Part shown: positions 37,892-46,785 of the stretch, piece after piece | Layout: each line of letters begins with the position of its first letter | Numbering within the stretch: the stretch's first letter is position 1 | NCBI GenBank assembly: GCA_001780275.1 | Contig: MFGB01000023.1 | Coordinates: 5,375-69,374 of the forward strand | Length of the DNA stretch: 64,000 bases | Direction: 5' to 3' | DNA from: Candidatus Falkowbacteria bacterium RIFOXYA2_FULL_47_19 | Lineage (GTDB): Bacteria; Patescibacteriota; Patescibacteriia; Patescibacteriales; UBA12075 | The notes under the pieces: model-generated | What the model was told of the DNA's origin: nothing | What the model saw: only the letters and a program-made list of their open reading frames with translations | Database searches by the model: none | Made by a program: the position numbers and the translations under genes

Positions 37892-38092
37892 CTAGTACAG
37901 CGGACAGCAGTCTCCTTGTGGGCTGCCGGAGTCGAAACAGCACTGGCAAACTTGATATTCCTGGCCGATAGCGCGTCCTACCGAGGAAATATTGGTCCCC
38001 AGGAAACATTCCTCGAACAGTCTGCTGGCCAGACTGGAAGTATTGTCCGATTGGCCCGATGATCCTTTGATGTCTTGATTGCGGTTAATCAT
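37892..38092 (-). CDS. Cys-rich 66-aa peptide, candidate RiPP precursor
   Basis: MINRNQDIKGSSGQSDNTSSLASRLFEECFLGTNISSVGRAIGQEYQVCQCCFDSGSPQGDCCPLY. It has 6 Cys, five of them in the last 19 residues. Its ATG overlaps the rSAM stop (ATGA at 38089-38092). Confidence 0.5.
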   Translation of the reverse strand: MINRNQDIKGSSGQSDNTSSLASRLFEECFLGTNISSVGRAIGQEYQVCQCCFDSGSPQGDCCPLY

Positions 38093-39132
38093 GCGGTTAC
38101 TCCTTTCTTAATATATCGCTGTGGATGGAAATAGAACCATTTTATTGGACAGCCCCCGAAGCAATTTACCCAATCCGCGCACTCAATGCAGTCGGCAGAC
38201 GGATAATTATTCATCATTCGCCTGAAATTCAGGCATTTGTCTCCGTACCAGAACGCTTTGAACGAGCCGATATCGGTAAAATCCGCGCCATAACTTCCCA
38301 AAGCATAATCAGTGAATTGATGGCATGGTATGACCTCGCCCTCGGGAGAAAATATCAATCCCGATCCGACTCTGGCATAGCAGGTCCCGGTAAGCATTTT
38401 TCTTTTTATGGCTATCGCTTTAATGTCGGGATCCAGCAAGCAGAGAGGTATTGAGGGCGCCAGAAACATATCCTTATCGATACTGGGAATTTTCCTGATG
38501 ATCCGGGTATACGCGTCCGCGATCTGAACAGGGTCAGGCGCGTCCATGTCACGCGCTTTACCGTCTATAATGACGGGATTAGCGAAGTTCATGGCGATAG
38601 AATTCGCCTCCAAAGAGGAGAGAAATTCAAGAGTCTTATCGATATGACCAAGAGCGGTTCTGCCGAAGGTAAAAAAAAGGCTGGGAGACAATCCTTCTGC
38701 CGCGAGATTCTTTATCCCTTGGCACACGTCGTCGAAGCCGTCGGCATTCGTCTGCCGCATATATTGTTCCCGATCTATTCCTTTTAAGGAAATGCTGATA
38801 TTTTGGAATTTATACTTGGCCATTTTCCTGGAAAAACGTATATCCGAGAACCTCCGGCCATTACTAGTGATCATAATTCCCATGCCGTTTTGCGATATCA
38901 GATCAAGAACGTAAAATAGATCCCGATACAGGTTCGGCTCTCCCCCAATGAGAGAAACGGTTTTTATCCCCAAATCAGCCATAAAGTTAACCAGCGACTC
39001 CGCCTTTTCTCTTGACATTGATGATGCCGGATCGAATCCTGCCCCCTGGGCATAGCACCAGCTGCATCTGTTCTCACACGCCCGATTCACGGTAAGCCAA
39101 CCCATACTTATGTTTTTTTGCACGTCCATCAT
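38089..39132 (-). CDS. radical SAM enzyme with a C-terminal SPASM-type auxiliary cluster domain
   Basis: 'CENRCSWC' (CX3CX2C) near the N-terminus and 'CIECADWVNCFGGCP' near the C-terminus. I place the start at MMDVQ (39132), preceded by AAGGGGGA. The track ORF extends to 39189. Confidence 0.85.
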   Translation of the reverse strand: MMDVQKNISMGWLTVNRACENRCSWCYAQGAGFDPASSMSREKAESLVNFMADLGIKTVSLIGGEPNLYRDLFYVLDLISQNGMGIMITSNGRRFSDIRFSRKMAKYKFQNISISLKGIDREQYMRQTNADGFDDVCQGIKNLAAEGLSPSLFFTFGRTALGHIDKTLEFLSSLEANSIAMNFANPVIIDGKARDMDAPDPVQIADAYTRIIRKIPSIDKDMFLAPSIPLCLLDPDIKAIAIKRKMLTGTCYARVGSGLIFSPEGEVIPCHQFTDYALGSYGADFTDIGSFKAFWYGDKCLNFRRMMNNYPSADCIECADWVNCFGGCPIKWFYFHPQRYIKKGVTA

Positions 39133-39300
39133 TCCCCCTTTTATTTGATTTGCAAAGAACGTTGCACTGGAGCTTCCGCTCCTCTTCAAAATGAGCAGTT
39201 TTTATTTTTCCCGATGATTCATTGGCGAATTCGCCCAATTTAACTATGCAATATAAAAATTAATATGGTATTAATGCCGACAGGGGCCTGCGGAACCCGA

Positions 39301-39330
39301 AAAAAAAGAGGGGCAGGATTGTCCGCCCCT
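39301..39330 (-). terminator. intrinsic terminator after the 39340-39852 gene
   Basis: In minus sense, an AGGGGC..GCCCCT stem is followed by a T8 run. This separates the upstream two-gene unit from the rSAM unit. Confidence 0.7.
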
Positions 39331-39339
39331 TACTATGCG

Positions 39340-39852
39340 TTAAGCGATCGCCTTTTTCCCCAGCTCCCCCATGGTCCGACTGCCGCCGCACTCGCTCCAG
39401 ATGATCCTGATCCCGGTAAGGCGAAGCATATCCACCTTCTGGGCTGACCGGCAGTGGCAGGCTACTAAGGTAGTCGGTTTGCCGCTCGCCTTCCGTAGCG
39501 ACCTGGCGATATGAATCGCCTGCTCAAAGGCGTAGAGCCCGGCATAGACGAAGTACTCCTTCACGCTCTTCACCGGCACCGCTCCGTGGTAATACTGTCC
39601 CGAGATACTGTGCATGACACTCCCCGCGCGCTCGTTATCGCTCCAACCCTCGCCGGTGTTGCTCCCCCGGCCGGCATCGTTGGCGCAAACAAAGAGCCTT
39701 TTCTGGCCGTGCCAGCCGGACTCAAACCCCTCCACCCGGTTGTAAGAGATAAGGACAGTGGTTCTGTCGTTGTTCTTCCTCATGGTTCCCTCCTTGGTTG
39801 TGGTTGTGGTGGTGGTCATGGTTCCCTCGTTGCCTCTGGTTCTCCTGGTCAA
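39340..39852 (-). CDS. hypothetical protein (probable start at 39783)
   Basis: The ORF is open from 39852, but the best SD (AAGGAGGGAACC-ATG) precedes the Met at 39783. Upstream lies a run of 7 Thr codons. I recognise no domain. Confidence 0.5.
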   Translation of the reverse strand: MTRRTRGNEGTMTTTTTTTKEGTMRKNNDRTTVLISYNRVEGFESGWHGQKRLFVCANDAGRGSNTGEGWSDNERAGSVMHSISGQYYHGAVPVKSVKEYFVYAGLYAFEQAIHIARSLRKASGKPTTLVACHCRSAQKVDMLRLTGIRIIWSECGGSRTMGELGKKAIA

Positions 39853-39876
39853 TCCCCTCCTTTCATCCTGGGTTGT

Positions 39877-40263
39877 TTATAATTCACGGATCCGTACTCC
39901 CTGCCGCGGGCCGATCTTTACCTCGTACCGGGCGCCCTCAAACTCCCCTAAAAGACTGTCTCCCGGCTGCTTAAGACCGTTCGCGGCGAGCAAATCCCTG
40001 GCCCATTGCTTCCTCCGCTGGAAATAATCTATCATCGTGTCCCTCCGTCCCACCCAGGTCTCGAGCCGGCCCGGCGAAGCGATGAACCGGTGTCCGTTTG
40101 CGCATTTCATCTGGTACTTGCCGCCGACGACGATCTCCACCTTGGCCGCTGACCCGCAGCGGAGGCAAATTCTCCGGATGGTCGGATCCCAGTTGCCCAC
40201 TATACTATGCGGTCCCTTCATATCCGTCCTCCCTTTCGTTTGGGTTAAGTGCTGGGTTTTCAA
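39877..40263 (-). CDS. hypothetical zinc-ribbon protein (probable start at 40221)
   Basis: 'CLRCGS...x17...CANGH' pattern. An AGGGAGGA SD precedes the Met at 40221. Confidence 0.5.
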   Translation of the reverse strand: MKTQHLTQTKGRTDMKGPHSIVGNWDPTIRRICLRCGSAAKVEIVVGGKYQMKCANGHRFIASPGRLETWVGRRDTMIDYFQRRKQWARDLLAANGLKQPGDSLLGEFEGARYEVKIGPRQGVRIREL

Positions 40264-40465
40264 AGTGCTTTATCGGTAATTCTGAGTATAGCCCATGTCA
40301 AAAAAATTTGCCGGAAAAAAATAAACAAAATCAGAAAAAATATTCATTATTGATAAAATGCCCGATATTAAAAGAAAATTTCCGCTTAATTATCCCCCGA
40401 TGTTGACCAAAAAAGTGGACAGTCGCGGCCCGGGATGATATAATAAAGCAATAAAGCACAAAAAT

Positions 40466-41197
40466 ATGTCTATAAACAAAGCCCTGGGGAGCGTCGGACT
40501 GGACGAGAAAAGCCGCAAAACCTATCTCGCGCTCCTCAAACTCGGCGACGCTACGGCCGCCAACGTGGCCCAGCGGGCCGGACTGCCGCGGACCACTACT
40601 TATCACCACCTGCGGAACCTGGTCAACCTCGGATTGGCCAGCAAATACCAGAGCAGGAAGATCACGCGTTACGCCGCCGAAAACGCCGACCGCCTCAAAG
40701 GCGTCATAGAGGGCAAATTGGCCTTATTGGAAAAATATCTGCCCGATATCCGGAAACTTTCGTCCACGGAACGCCACATAAACCTGCGCCTGTTCGAGGG
40801 TTCGGAAGGCGTCCAGCAGATCGCCCAGGAAGAGCTTGAATGCCGCGAAAAGATCGTCCGCTCGATCGGTTCCCACGCTGATCTGCGCAAGGCCTCGAAC
40901 GGCCGGATCACTTTTACTTCGCGGCGCGTTGAAAAAAAGATCTTTTCCCGGTGTTTGCGCCCGCGGAAAGACGAGTTTAAAAAAGGCTGGCTGGAAAACC
41001 AGCAAAAGGACCTCCGCGAGGTCAGATTCCTGCCGGACGGACTCGCGGTGCCGGGCATGATATTCATTTACGACAATAAGGTCGCGATCATCACCCCGGA
41101 AGAAGAGGGCCTCGGTTTTATCGTCACGAGCAGGACCTTCTCTCAAAGCCTCAAAAATATTTTTGACGGCCTGTGGGCGATCAGTTCCAGGACCTGA
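40466..41197 (+). CDS. TrmB-family transcriptional regulator
   Basis: N-terminal 'LGSVGLDEKSRKTYLALLKLGDATAANVAQRAGLPRTTTYHHLRNLVNLGLA' is a TrmB-type wHTH. It is divergent from the zinc-ribbon gene. Confidence 0.8.
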   Translation: MSINKALGSVGLDEKSRKTYLALLKLGDATAANVAQRAGLPRTTTYHHLRNLVNLGLASKYQSRKITRYAAENADRLKGVIEGKLALLEKYLPDIRKLSSTERHINLRLFEGSEGVQQIAQEELECREKIVRSIGSHADLRKASNGRITFTSRRVEKKIFSRCLRPRKDEFKKGWLENQQKDLREVRFLPDGLAVPGMIFIYDNKVAIITPEEEGLGFIVTSRTFSQSLKNIFDGLWAISSRT

Positions 41198-41312
41198 AAT
41201 ACTCTCTTATTTACGCTACACAAAAACAGTCCCGGAAGTACGGGGCTGTTTTTTTCACACAGTCCAAAATTTTATATCCAGCCGTAGGAACACGAAACTT
41301 CGTGTTCCCGCT

Positions 41313-42221
41313 TTAATTAAAAAATTTTCCGGTTAATTCCTGAATCGGCGCGAGGAAATAACCAGTGACATAGCTCGTGGTACTGTCGATATCCTCTTTG
41401 CCCGCGAGCCGGGCTGAATTCGAATTATTAAGAAGGGTGAATTCCGCCCCCTTAAGCTCGCCGTATTTCATGAGAGCGTAAAGCGAGGGCGGCGAATCGA
41501 TATCGAGAGCGTAAACGGCGCCGAAATCCGCTTCGGCGAGCGCGGCGATCGCGGCCCGGTCATGGGCGGCGGCGGTTGGGCCGTCCTGATAATGGGAAAA
41601 ATCTATGCTCGCGATCACGAACGTCTTCCGTTTACGCGCGAGCGACTCGAGCGCGGCGGCCAAACGGGCGGCCTCATCCGCTTTGACCTCCGATTTAAGC
41701 ATTATGGGCACGAATCCAGCCTTGGGAAAGGTCTTTTTTATGAATCCGGCCTGGCTTGTCATCGAGTGGTCGGCGTTCACTGCCTCCGGATCGATCCCCG
41801 CCCCCAAAGCCTCCTTAAGTTCGGCTAAAGCCGACCGGTCGCATTTTAGCGTTCCGAAAGGCGTGTCCCAACCGTAATCCGAACTGATAAACACGCTTTC
41901 GCCCGCGCCGTAATGGTTCGGCCCGATCAATACGACAAGATCCGGTTCTTCCCCGGCCAGATTGGAATAAAATTCGGCGATCAGGTCGCCGGCCAGAAGA
42001 TGGTGCGGCACCACTCCGGCCAGAGCGGACCGGCCGCCAAGATCGGCCGTCTTCTTTTTAAAACTATAGACGGTATCGTAGAATTCCCGGTCATAAGGCG
42101 CGGCCCGGTGCGTTCCCTCCGCTCCGGCGCTGTCGTCAACCGTATAAGAAGAGCGGAACAGGCCCGCTGTTGCCAGGCCGGCTAATATCAAAATGAAAAT
42201 TAGAACCGTCTTTTTATCCAT
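41313..42221 (-). CDS. Memo-like (AmmeMemoRadiSam system protein B family) protein with an N-terminal TM anchor
   Basis: 'GVVPHHLLAG', 'VVLIGPNHYG', 'DHSMTSQAGFIKKTFP' and 'ASIDFSHY' parallel the Memo/LigB-superfamily motifs. Confidence 0.65.
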   Translation of the reverse strand: MDKKTVLIFILILAGLATAGLFRSSYTVDDSAGAEGTHRAAPYDREFYDTVYSFKKKTADLGGRSALAGVVPHHLLAGDLIAEFYSNLAGEEPDLVVLIGPNHYGAGESVFISSDYGWDTPFGTLKCDRSALAELKEALGAGIDPEAVNADHSMTSQAGFIKKTFPKAGFVPIMLKSEVKADEAARLAAALESLARKRKTFVIASIDFSHYQDGPTAAAHDRAAIAALAEADFGAVYALDIDSPPSLYALMKYGELKGAEFTLLNNSNSARLAGKEDIDSTTSYVTGYFLAPIQELTGKFFN

Positions 42222-42223
42222 CT

Positions 42224-44734
42224 TTATTTCATGAGCTCACGGCTCCAGGCGTCCGCGGCCGGCAGATCTCCCTTCCCGTCGTAAACCCTCTCCTGCCAGT
42301 CTTCGTCAGCGTAGCGTTCGGTCAATGGTCCCGTCAGTTCGTAGTGGTTGAAAACGGCTCCGCGGGTCAGGCGCGCGCCGTTGGCATCCTCTACGGCCGC
42401 GTAGATTATATAGGGCTTGCCGGTGGCTTCGTAGAGGATCCGGCCGGAAACCGCGTCCGTATGGATATCGGCGATAATGCCGGCCCGGCGCTCTTTGTCG
42501 GAAAGTTCTTCCCCAGGCAGGGGCGCGGCCAGGTCTTCGAAGATGAAACCGCTTACCCTTAATTTCTCGAAATCTTCTTCGCTGATCACTTCGTCCTTAA
42601 GCTCTTTTTCGGCCAGGCCGGCGAAGAATCCGCAGATATCGGCAAAAGTCTTATACCGGACGCCGAAATATTCCGGCATGAGCCCCCGTTCCGTTAATCC
42701 ATTGTCCGTCATCCTGGCCAATGCCTTGATCCGCGACCAGAACGCCGGATCGGCCTCGACGTAACCCTTCGGTACGGGCGGAAGCTTGGACGGATTATCG
42801 CCGCCGCCGCCTCTTTCGGCGTACGACTGCTTGGCGTAAAGGAGGGTATCGTGCTTGAGCTCGGCATAGGAACCGAGAACCGTGCCCAGATTCTTCTTCT
42901 GCCACTCGCCGGTCGTCATGAAATACGGATAGCCGGGGCCGTAGCCGGAAAGGAGGGAGCGGTAGGAATCGAGCCAGCTCCAATAGATATTCTGGGTCCA
43001 GACCGCTTCATCAAAAGCCGCGAATTCCTCCCTTAATTCCCGGGTCTTCTTCGCTATGATCCGATCGGAAGCGGACGCCTCGGCCGCCACCCAGACGTCG
43101 ACGTATTTCCCGACCGTCGCGTTGCCCGGAGCTATGATATTTACGGGCATCAGGGCGGTCGTCATGGAGGGGAGGTTCTGGCCCGTTTCCGGATCGGGCG
43201 CTCCCACTCCCTGGGTCAGCTGATTCAATATATAAGCGTCGGGCGTGAAACGCTGGCCCATGAAGCGGAACTGCATCAATTGCCGCAAAAGCGCGTCCCG
43301 TTCTCCCCCGTTGTCGTAAAGATCGACCGCCTCGGAAACTATCCGCGGCCTGGGCAATTTTTCTATGGCGGCGCCTATGAAGGCGCGCAGGGCGCTATCG
43401 TCGGCCAGACGCTCCGCTGCCACGGTCTCGCCGTAAACCTCCCGGATAAGACCGGTGTATTCGTAAGGCGTCAGGTCATCGACCTGGCCCACGAAGAATT
43501 CGATCGCGCCCGCCATGTCGGCGTAGATTTCGGCCACGGCCCGGCCGCCGGCCTTAAGGCTGTTCACCTGGCCGGTGATCATGATCGCGTCCCGGGTAAG
43601 TTCGGGGGAATCGAGGGAAAAGCCCATCCGGCCGTACCACATCATGGCGATGAAATAGCTTTTGAGCGCGTCGTTTTTGGTATAATGGGACCGCGGCTTG
43701 AACTGGGAATAATCGTTTTGAAGATACGGCCGGTAAGGCGTGAAAAGTGGCGACGGGGCGAGACCCTTCGCCTCGCGGATCAGTTCAAGCTCGGCTTGCG
43801 CCGGAGAAAAGATATCGCCGCCAAGCTCGCGGCCGTTGTAGCGCGGTTCATCCAGGGAAAAATCCAGCCCGGCCCGGCTGATCTCCTCGTCCCTCGCCTC
43901 TTTGGCGGCGAGAAATTGCGCGTAAGTATCGAAATCCTCCGGTTTTAATTCGGTCCGGCCGCGATCGGCCGCGTCCAGGACGACCAAGGGCACGAGATAA
44001 AAAACGGCCAAGCGCCCATAACTGTCTTTGAGCGCCGGATCGGACGCTGTTTCGTAATTACGGAGCGAATCCTCGAAAAGAGCCCTGGTTATTTCCTTGA
44101 GCATCGGCTGAAATTTTATCTCTTCGATCTTCTGGAAACTGCGGTCGACCAATATGTGGTAAAGATGGAGCGCTACGTCGCTCGTTATAAAAAGAGCGTT
44201 ATCGGCCTGCCGGTAATACTTGTTCGAGCTGCCGCTAAAAGCCTCGTAAATATCGGCGAAATCGTCATTCCCCGATCTTTGCTCCCCGACCATATCTTCG
44301 TCGGAGAGAAAAAAACCGGCGGCGGAGAGGGCTTCAAGTTCGCTCTCCGAAAATTCCCGCTTGAAATCGTCCAGGTTCTTAAGTTCATCCGCCGTCGGTT
44401 TATACGCGGGCAGGGACGGTATGACCGCCGCCGTCCCGGCATCATCCGATAGCGCGAACACCGGTTTGACCAGGGAAAATACGAACGGAACGGATCCCTC
44501 TTTCGGGAGCGCATCTTCTCCGGCCGTTGCGTAACCGCCCTCGTCCGCCGGAGCGACGGAAGTATCGGGCGCGGGCACGGACGGTTTCGGCCGGCTCGTA
44601 TAATAAGCCGCGCCGGCGCCGATCGAAAGCGCCAGGAATAATAACACGATCATTTTCCGGACGTACGATCGGCCGGGGTTATGCGGCCAACCGGCGCCTT
44701 CATTATTAATTTCCGATTTTATTTCTTCCGGCAT
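42224..44734 (-). CDS. large membrane-anchored extracytoplasmic protein, DUF3160-like (from memory)
   Basis: An N-terminal TM helix, and 'FKPRSHYTKNDALKSYFIAMMWYGRMGF', which resembles the DUF3160 signature as I recall it. Confidence 0.5.
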   Translation of the reverse strand: MPEEIKSEINNEGAGWPHNPGRSYVRKMIVLLFLALSIGAGAAYYTSRPKPSVPAPDTSVAPADEGGYATAGEDALPKEGSVPFVFSLVKPVFALSDDAGTAAVIPSLPAYKPTADELKNLDDFKREFSESELEALSAAGFFLSDEDMVGEQRSGNDDFADIYEAFSGSSNKYYRQADNALFITSDVALHLYHILVDRSFQKIEEIKFQPMLKEITRALFEDSLRNYETASDPALKDSYGRLAVFYLVPLVVLDAADRGRTELKPEDFDTYAQFLAAKEARDEEISRAGLDFSLDEPRYNGRELGGDIFSPAQAELELIREAKGLAPSPLFTPYRPYLQNDYSQFKPRSHYTKNDALKSYFIAMMWYGRMGFSLDSPELTRDAIMITGQVNSLKAGGRAVAEIYADMAGAIEFFVGQVDDLTPYEYTGLIREVYGETVAAERLADDSALRAFIGAAIEKLPRPRIVSEAVDLYDNGGERDALLRQLMQFRFMGQRFTPDAYILNQLTQGVGAPDPETGQNLPSMTTALMPVNIIAPGNATVGKYVDVWVAAEASASDRIIAKKTRELREEFAAFDEAVWTQNIYWSWLDSYRSLLSGYGPGYPYFMTTGEWQKKNLGTVLGSYAELKHDTLLYAKQSYAERGGGGDNPSKLPPVPKGYVEADPAFWSRIKALARMTDNGLTERGLMPEYFGVRYKTFADICGFFAGLAEKELKDEVISEEDFEKLRVSGFIFEDLAAPLPGEELSDKERRAGIIADIHTDAVSGRILYEATGKPYIIYAAVEDANGARLTRGAVFNHYELTGPLTERYADEDWQERVYDGKGDLPAADAWSRELMK

Positions 44735-44766
44735 AAATATTGTTTTATTTAATAAACGATAACTTA

Positions 44767-44775
44767 ATTATAGCA
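44767..44775 (-). promoter_or_regulatory. extended -10 element TGCTATAAT
   Basis: Minus-strand TGCTATAAT lies 33 nt upstream of the ATG at 44734. The flanks are identical to those of the element at 27630-27638. Confidence 0.45.
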
Positions 44776-45044
44776 GAAATCCTCCTTTTTTAAAAAACAC
44801 TAAAAATTAATATAATTCACGATTACAGCTATTTTGTTTTAGTTCGGGCGAAGGCCCGCGCACAAGCGTTGCGCGTTCTGCGGTTTAAAAATTCCGCCTC
44901 GTCCTCTTCGTTCCCCCGGGTCGCGTTCAGACAGAATAAAACCCCTGAACACATTGAACGCTCAGGGGCGCCAGGAATCTTTGATAAACCAGTCAATTGC
45001 GGCTTATTTCAATGCAGGCTTGAACTTAATTTATTATCATAGCA

Positions 45045-45461
45045 TTACTGCCCCAAACAGCTTCTTGTCTTAAATATCTCCATTGCACTGGGCGTGGCCC
45101 CACCGACAATCTCATCCGCTCTTTTTTGCCCCAGCTTTTCAATGAAACACTCTCCCATTCCAGGCGTGATGCTTGAAGGCAGCTGACTAACATCCACGCC
45201 ATAGTTTTCCAAGGTTTTTTCCTGCTCTTCGTTCAACAAGGGGTGTTTATCTGCGGATGATTCGTTGTTTTCTATAACAGTGCCACCGCCTGAATTACTG
45301 TCAAGCGGAGAATAATTCTCAATCGTACCGCTTAAATAACTATTAATCATGCTGCTGATAAACTTTGTCCTTAAGTCGAAAGGATTAAAAACAAATACAA
45401 CAATCATAGAAATAACCGAAACCAGGATAATGATCAATAAAATTTGTATTGCTTTTTTCAT
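45045..45461 (-). CDS. membrane-anchored hypothetical protein
   Basis: N-terminal TM helix. No recognisable domain. Confidence 0.5.
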   Translation of the reverse strand: MKKAIQILLIIILVSVISMIVVFVFNPFDLRTKFISSMINSYLSGTIENYSPLDSNSGGGTVIENNESSADKHPLLNEEQEKTLENYGVDVSQLPSSITPGMGECFIEKLGQKRADEIVGGATPSAMEIFKTRSCLGQ

Positions 45462-45472
45462 GTATCTGAAAT

Positions 45473-46195
45473 TTATTTCGACAGCAATTTATTCAACCAG
45501 CCGAACAGACCGAACCCCCTGCCTTCTTCCTTGATTTCTCCCGCTAACTCCGTCTTGGCCTGCTCCATGATTTCAATCTGTTCATCCAAAATTTCCGCAT
45601 CAGCTTCATTCGTTATTTGAGAGGCCAATTCTTTTAGTTCTTCCAGTTTTTCCGCGTGAGCTGCCAATTTGTTCTCTGCCATATAGATATATTTGTTCGG
45701 ACCAAAGAAAAACCTCCATACCGCATTTCCCCTGTTATTCTTTGCATGTTCCAATGTTGTTTCTATTTCCTTTTGGTTCTGATCTTGATTCTGGGCGATG
45801 GTCCTGATTTGCTGCCCGACGCCATGGTTACGTTCCGCCACTTGAAGCATCTGTTCAACAGCATTGGCCACCCTGCTTCGTCTTTGAGCAGCCCTATCAT
45901 TGAGCTGGCCTCCCTTGCCATTCCCGTTAATTGATTTTTTACCAGCCTGGGCGTTCTGTTGCAATTCAACTTGATTCTGCTGTTCTTCTCCCTGGTTTTG
46001 TAAACTGGTGGCGTTCTGGGCTTCCAGTCCTTGACCAATTCCCTGTCCAGCTTCTTCGAGCTCGGGATTTTCAATCCCAGTACCAGCTTCTTGGACTCCT
46101 TTCTGTCCGCTTTGATTTCCCTGAGCAAAAGATAAAAATGGGACAAGCATTAAAGACAAAACCATAATGCTTGTTATAGTTTTAAAGTGTTTCAT
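45473..46195 (-). CDS. secreted Gln/Glu-rich coiled-coil protein, hypothetical
   Basis: Signal peptide 'LMLVPFLSFAQG', a low-complexity Q/N/G region and a helical C-terminal half. Confidence 0.5.
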   Translation of the reverse strand: MKHFKTITSIMVLSLMLVPFLSFAQGNQSGQKGVQEAGTGIENPELEEAGQGIGQGLEAQNATSLQNQGEEQQNQVELQQNAQAGKKSINGNGKGGQLNDRAAQRRSRVANAVEQMLQVAERNHGVGQQIRTIAQNQDQNQKEIETTLEHAKNNRGNAVWRFFFGPNKYIYMAENKLAAHAEKLEELKELASQITNEADAEILDEQIEIMEQAKTELAGEIKEEGRGFGLFGWLNKLLSK

Positions 46196-46209
46196 AGATT
46201 TAGTTTAAA

Positions 46210-46785
46210 ATGATATTATGCCTTTATTATAACATTTTTAGCGCCTTAATTAAAGTTATGCCATATAACTACATCCGAAAAAATGCTATCATAAAAAATA
46301 AGAGAAAACCAATGGACAAAACCAGTATCAATCAAAAACTCAAAACCGTTTTCTGGATAACATTTATTATCTATTTTTTGGTTTTAATAAAACTGATATT
46401 TTTCAAGCTCCCCCTGCCAGCTGTTTTAATGATCATAACCGGCGATGATATAAACTACGCCCATTCAGTAAACATAATCCCATTCAAAACCATCATTTTT
46501 TATTTACATGGCAATCCATTACCGCACATCGCCTTTAAAAATCTTCTGGGGAATATTTTGTTTTTTATCCCGTTTGGTTTTTTGCTTCCTGTGCTTTTGT
46601 CCAAAATCAACTCTGCCAAAAACATCTTAATCGCCTCCGCAACTTTCTCGCTTCTACTGGAATTATTACAAATATTTCTTCATCTCGGCTCTTTTGATAT
46701 TGACGATATATTTTTAAACACCGTTGGAGCTTTGATCGGGTATTTGGTTGCCTTGAAAATCTTTACTCCAAAGAAACAGACTTGA
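46210..46785 (+). CDS. VanZ-like family membrane protein
   Basis: 'VNIIPFKTI', 'GNILFFIPFGFLLP', 'LLLELLQIF' and 'DIDDIFLNTVGALIGY'. The likely start is the internal Met (MDKTSINQ). Confidence 0.75.
   Translation: MILCLYYNIFSALIKVMPYNYIRKNAIIKNKRKPMDKTSINQKLKTVFWITFIIYFLVLIKLIFFKLPLPAVLMIITGDDINYAHSVNIIPFKTIIFYLHGNPLPHIAFKNLLGNILFFIPFGFLLPVLLSKINSAKNILIASATFSLLLELLQIFLHLGSFDIDDIFLNTVGALIGYLVALKIFTPKKQT

Noticed and set aside
39133-39189. N-terminal extension of the radical SAM ORF (MKRSGSSSATFFANQIKGG) given by the track.
   Set aside because: A strong AAGGGGGA RBS precedes the internal ATGATG at 39132. The extension runs into the promoter and palindrome region and has no rSAM-family counterpart that I know of.
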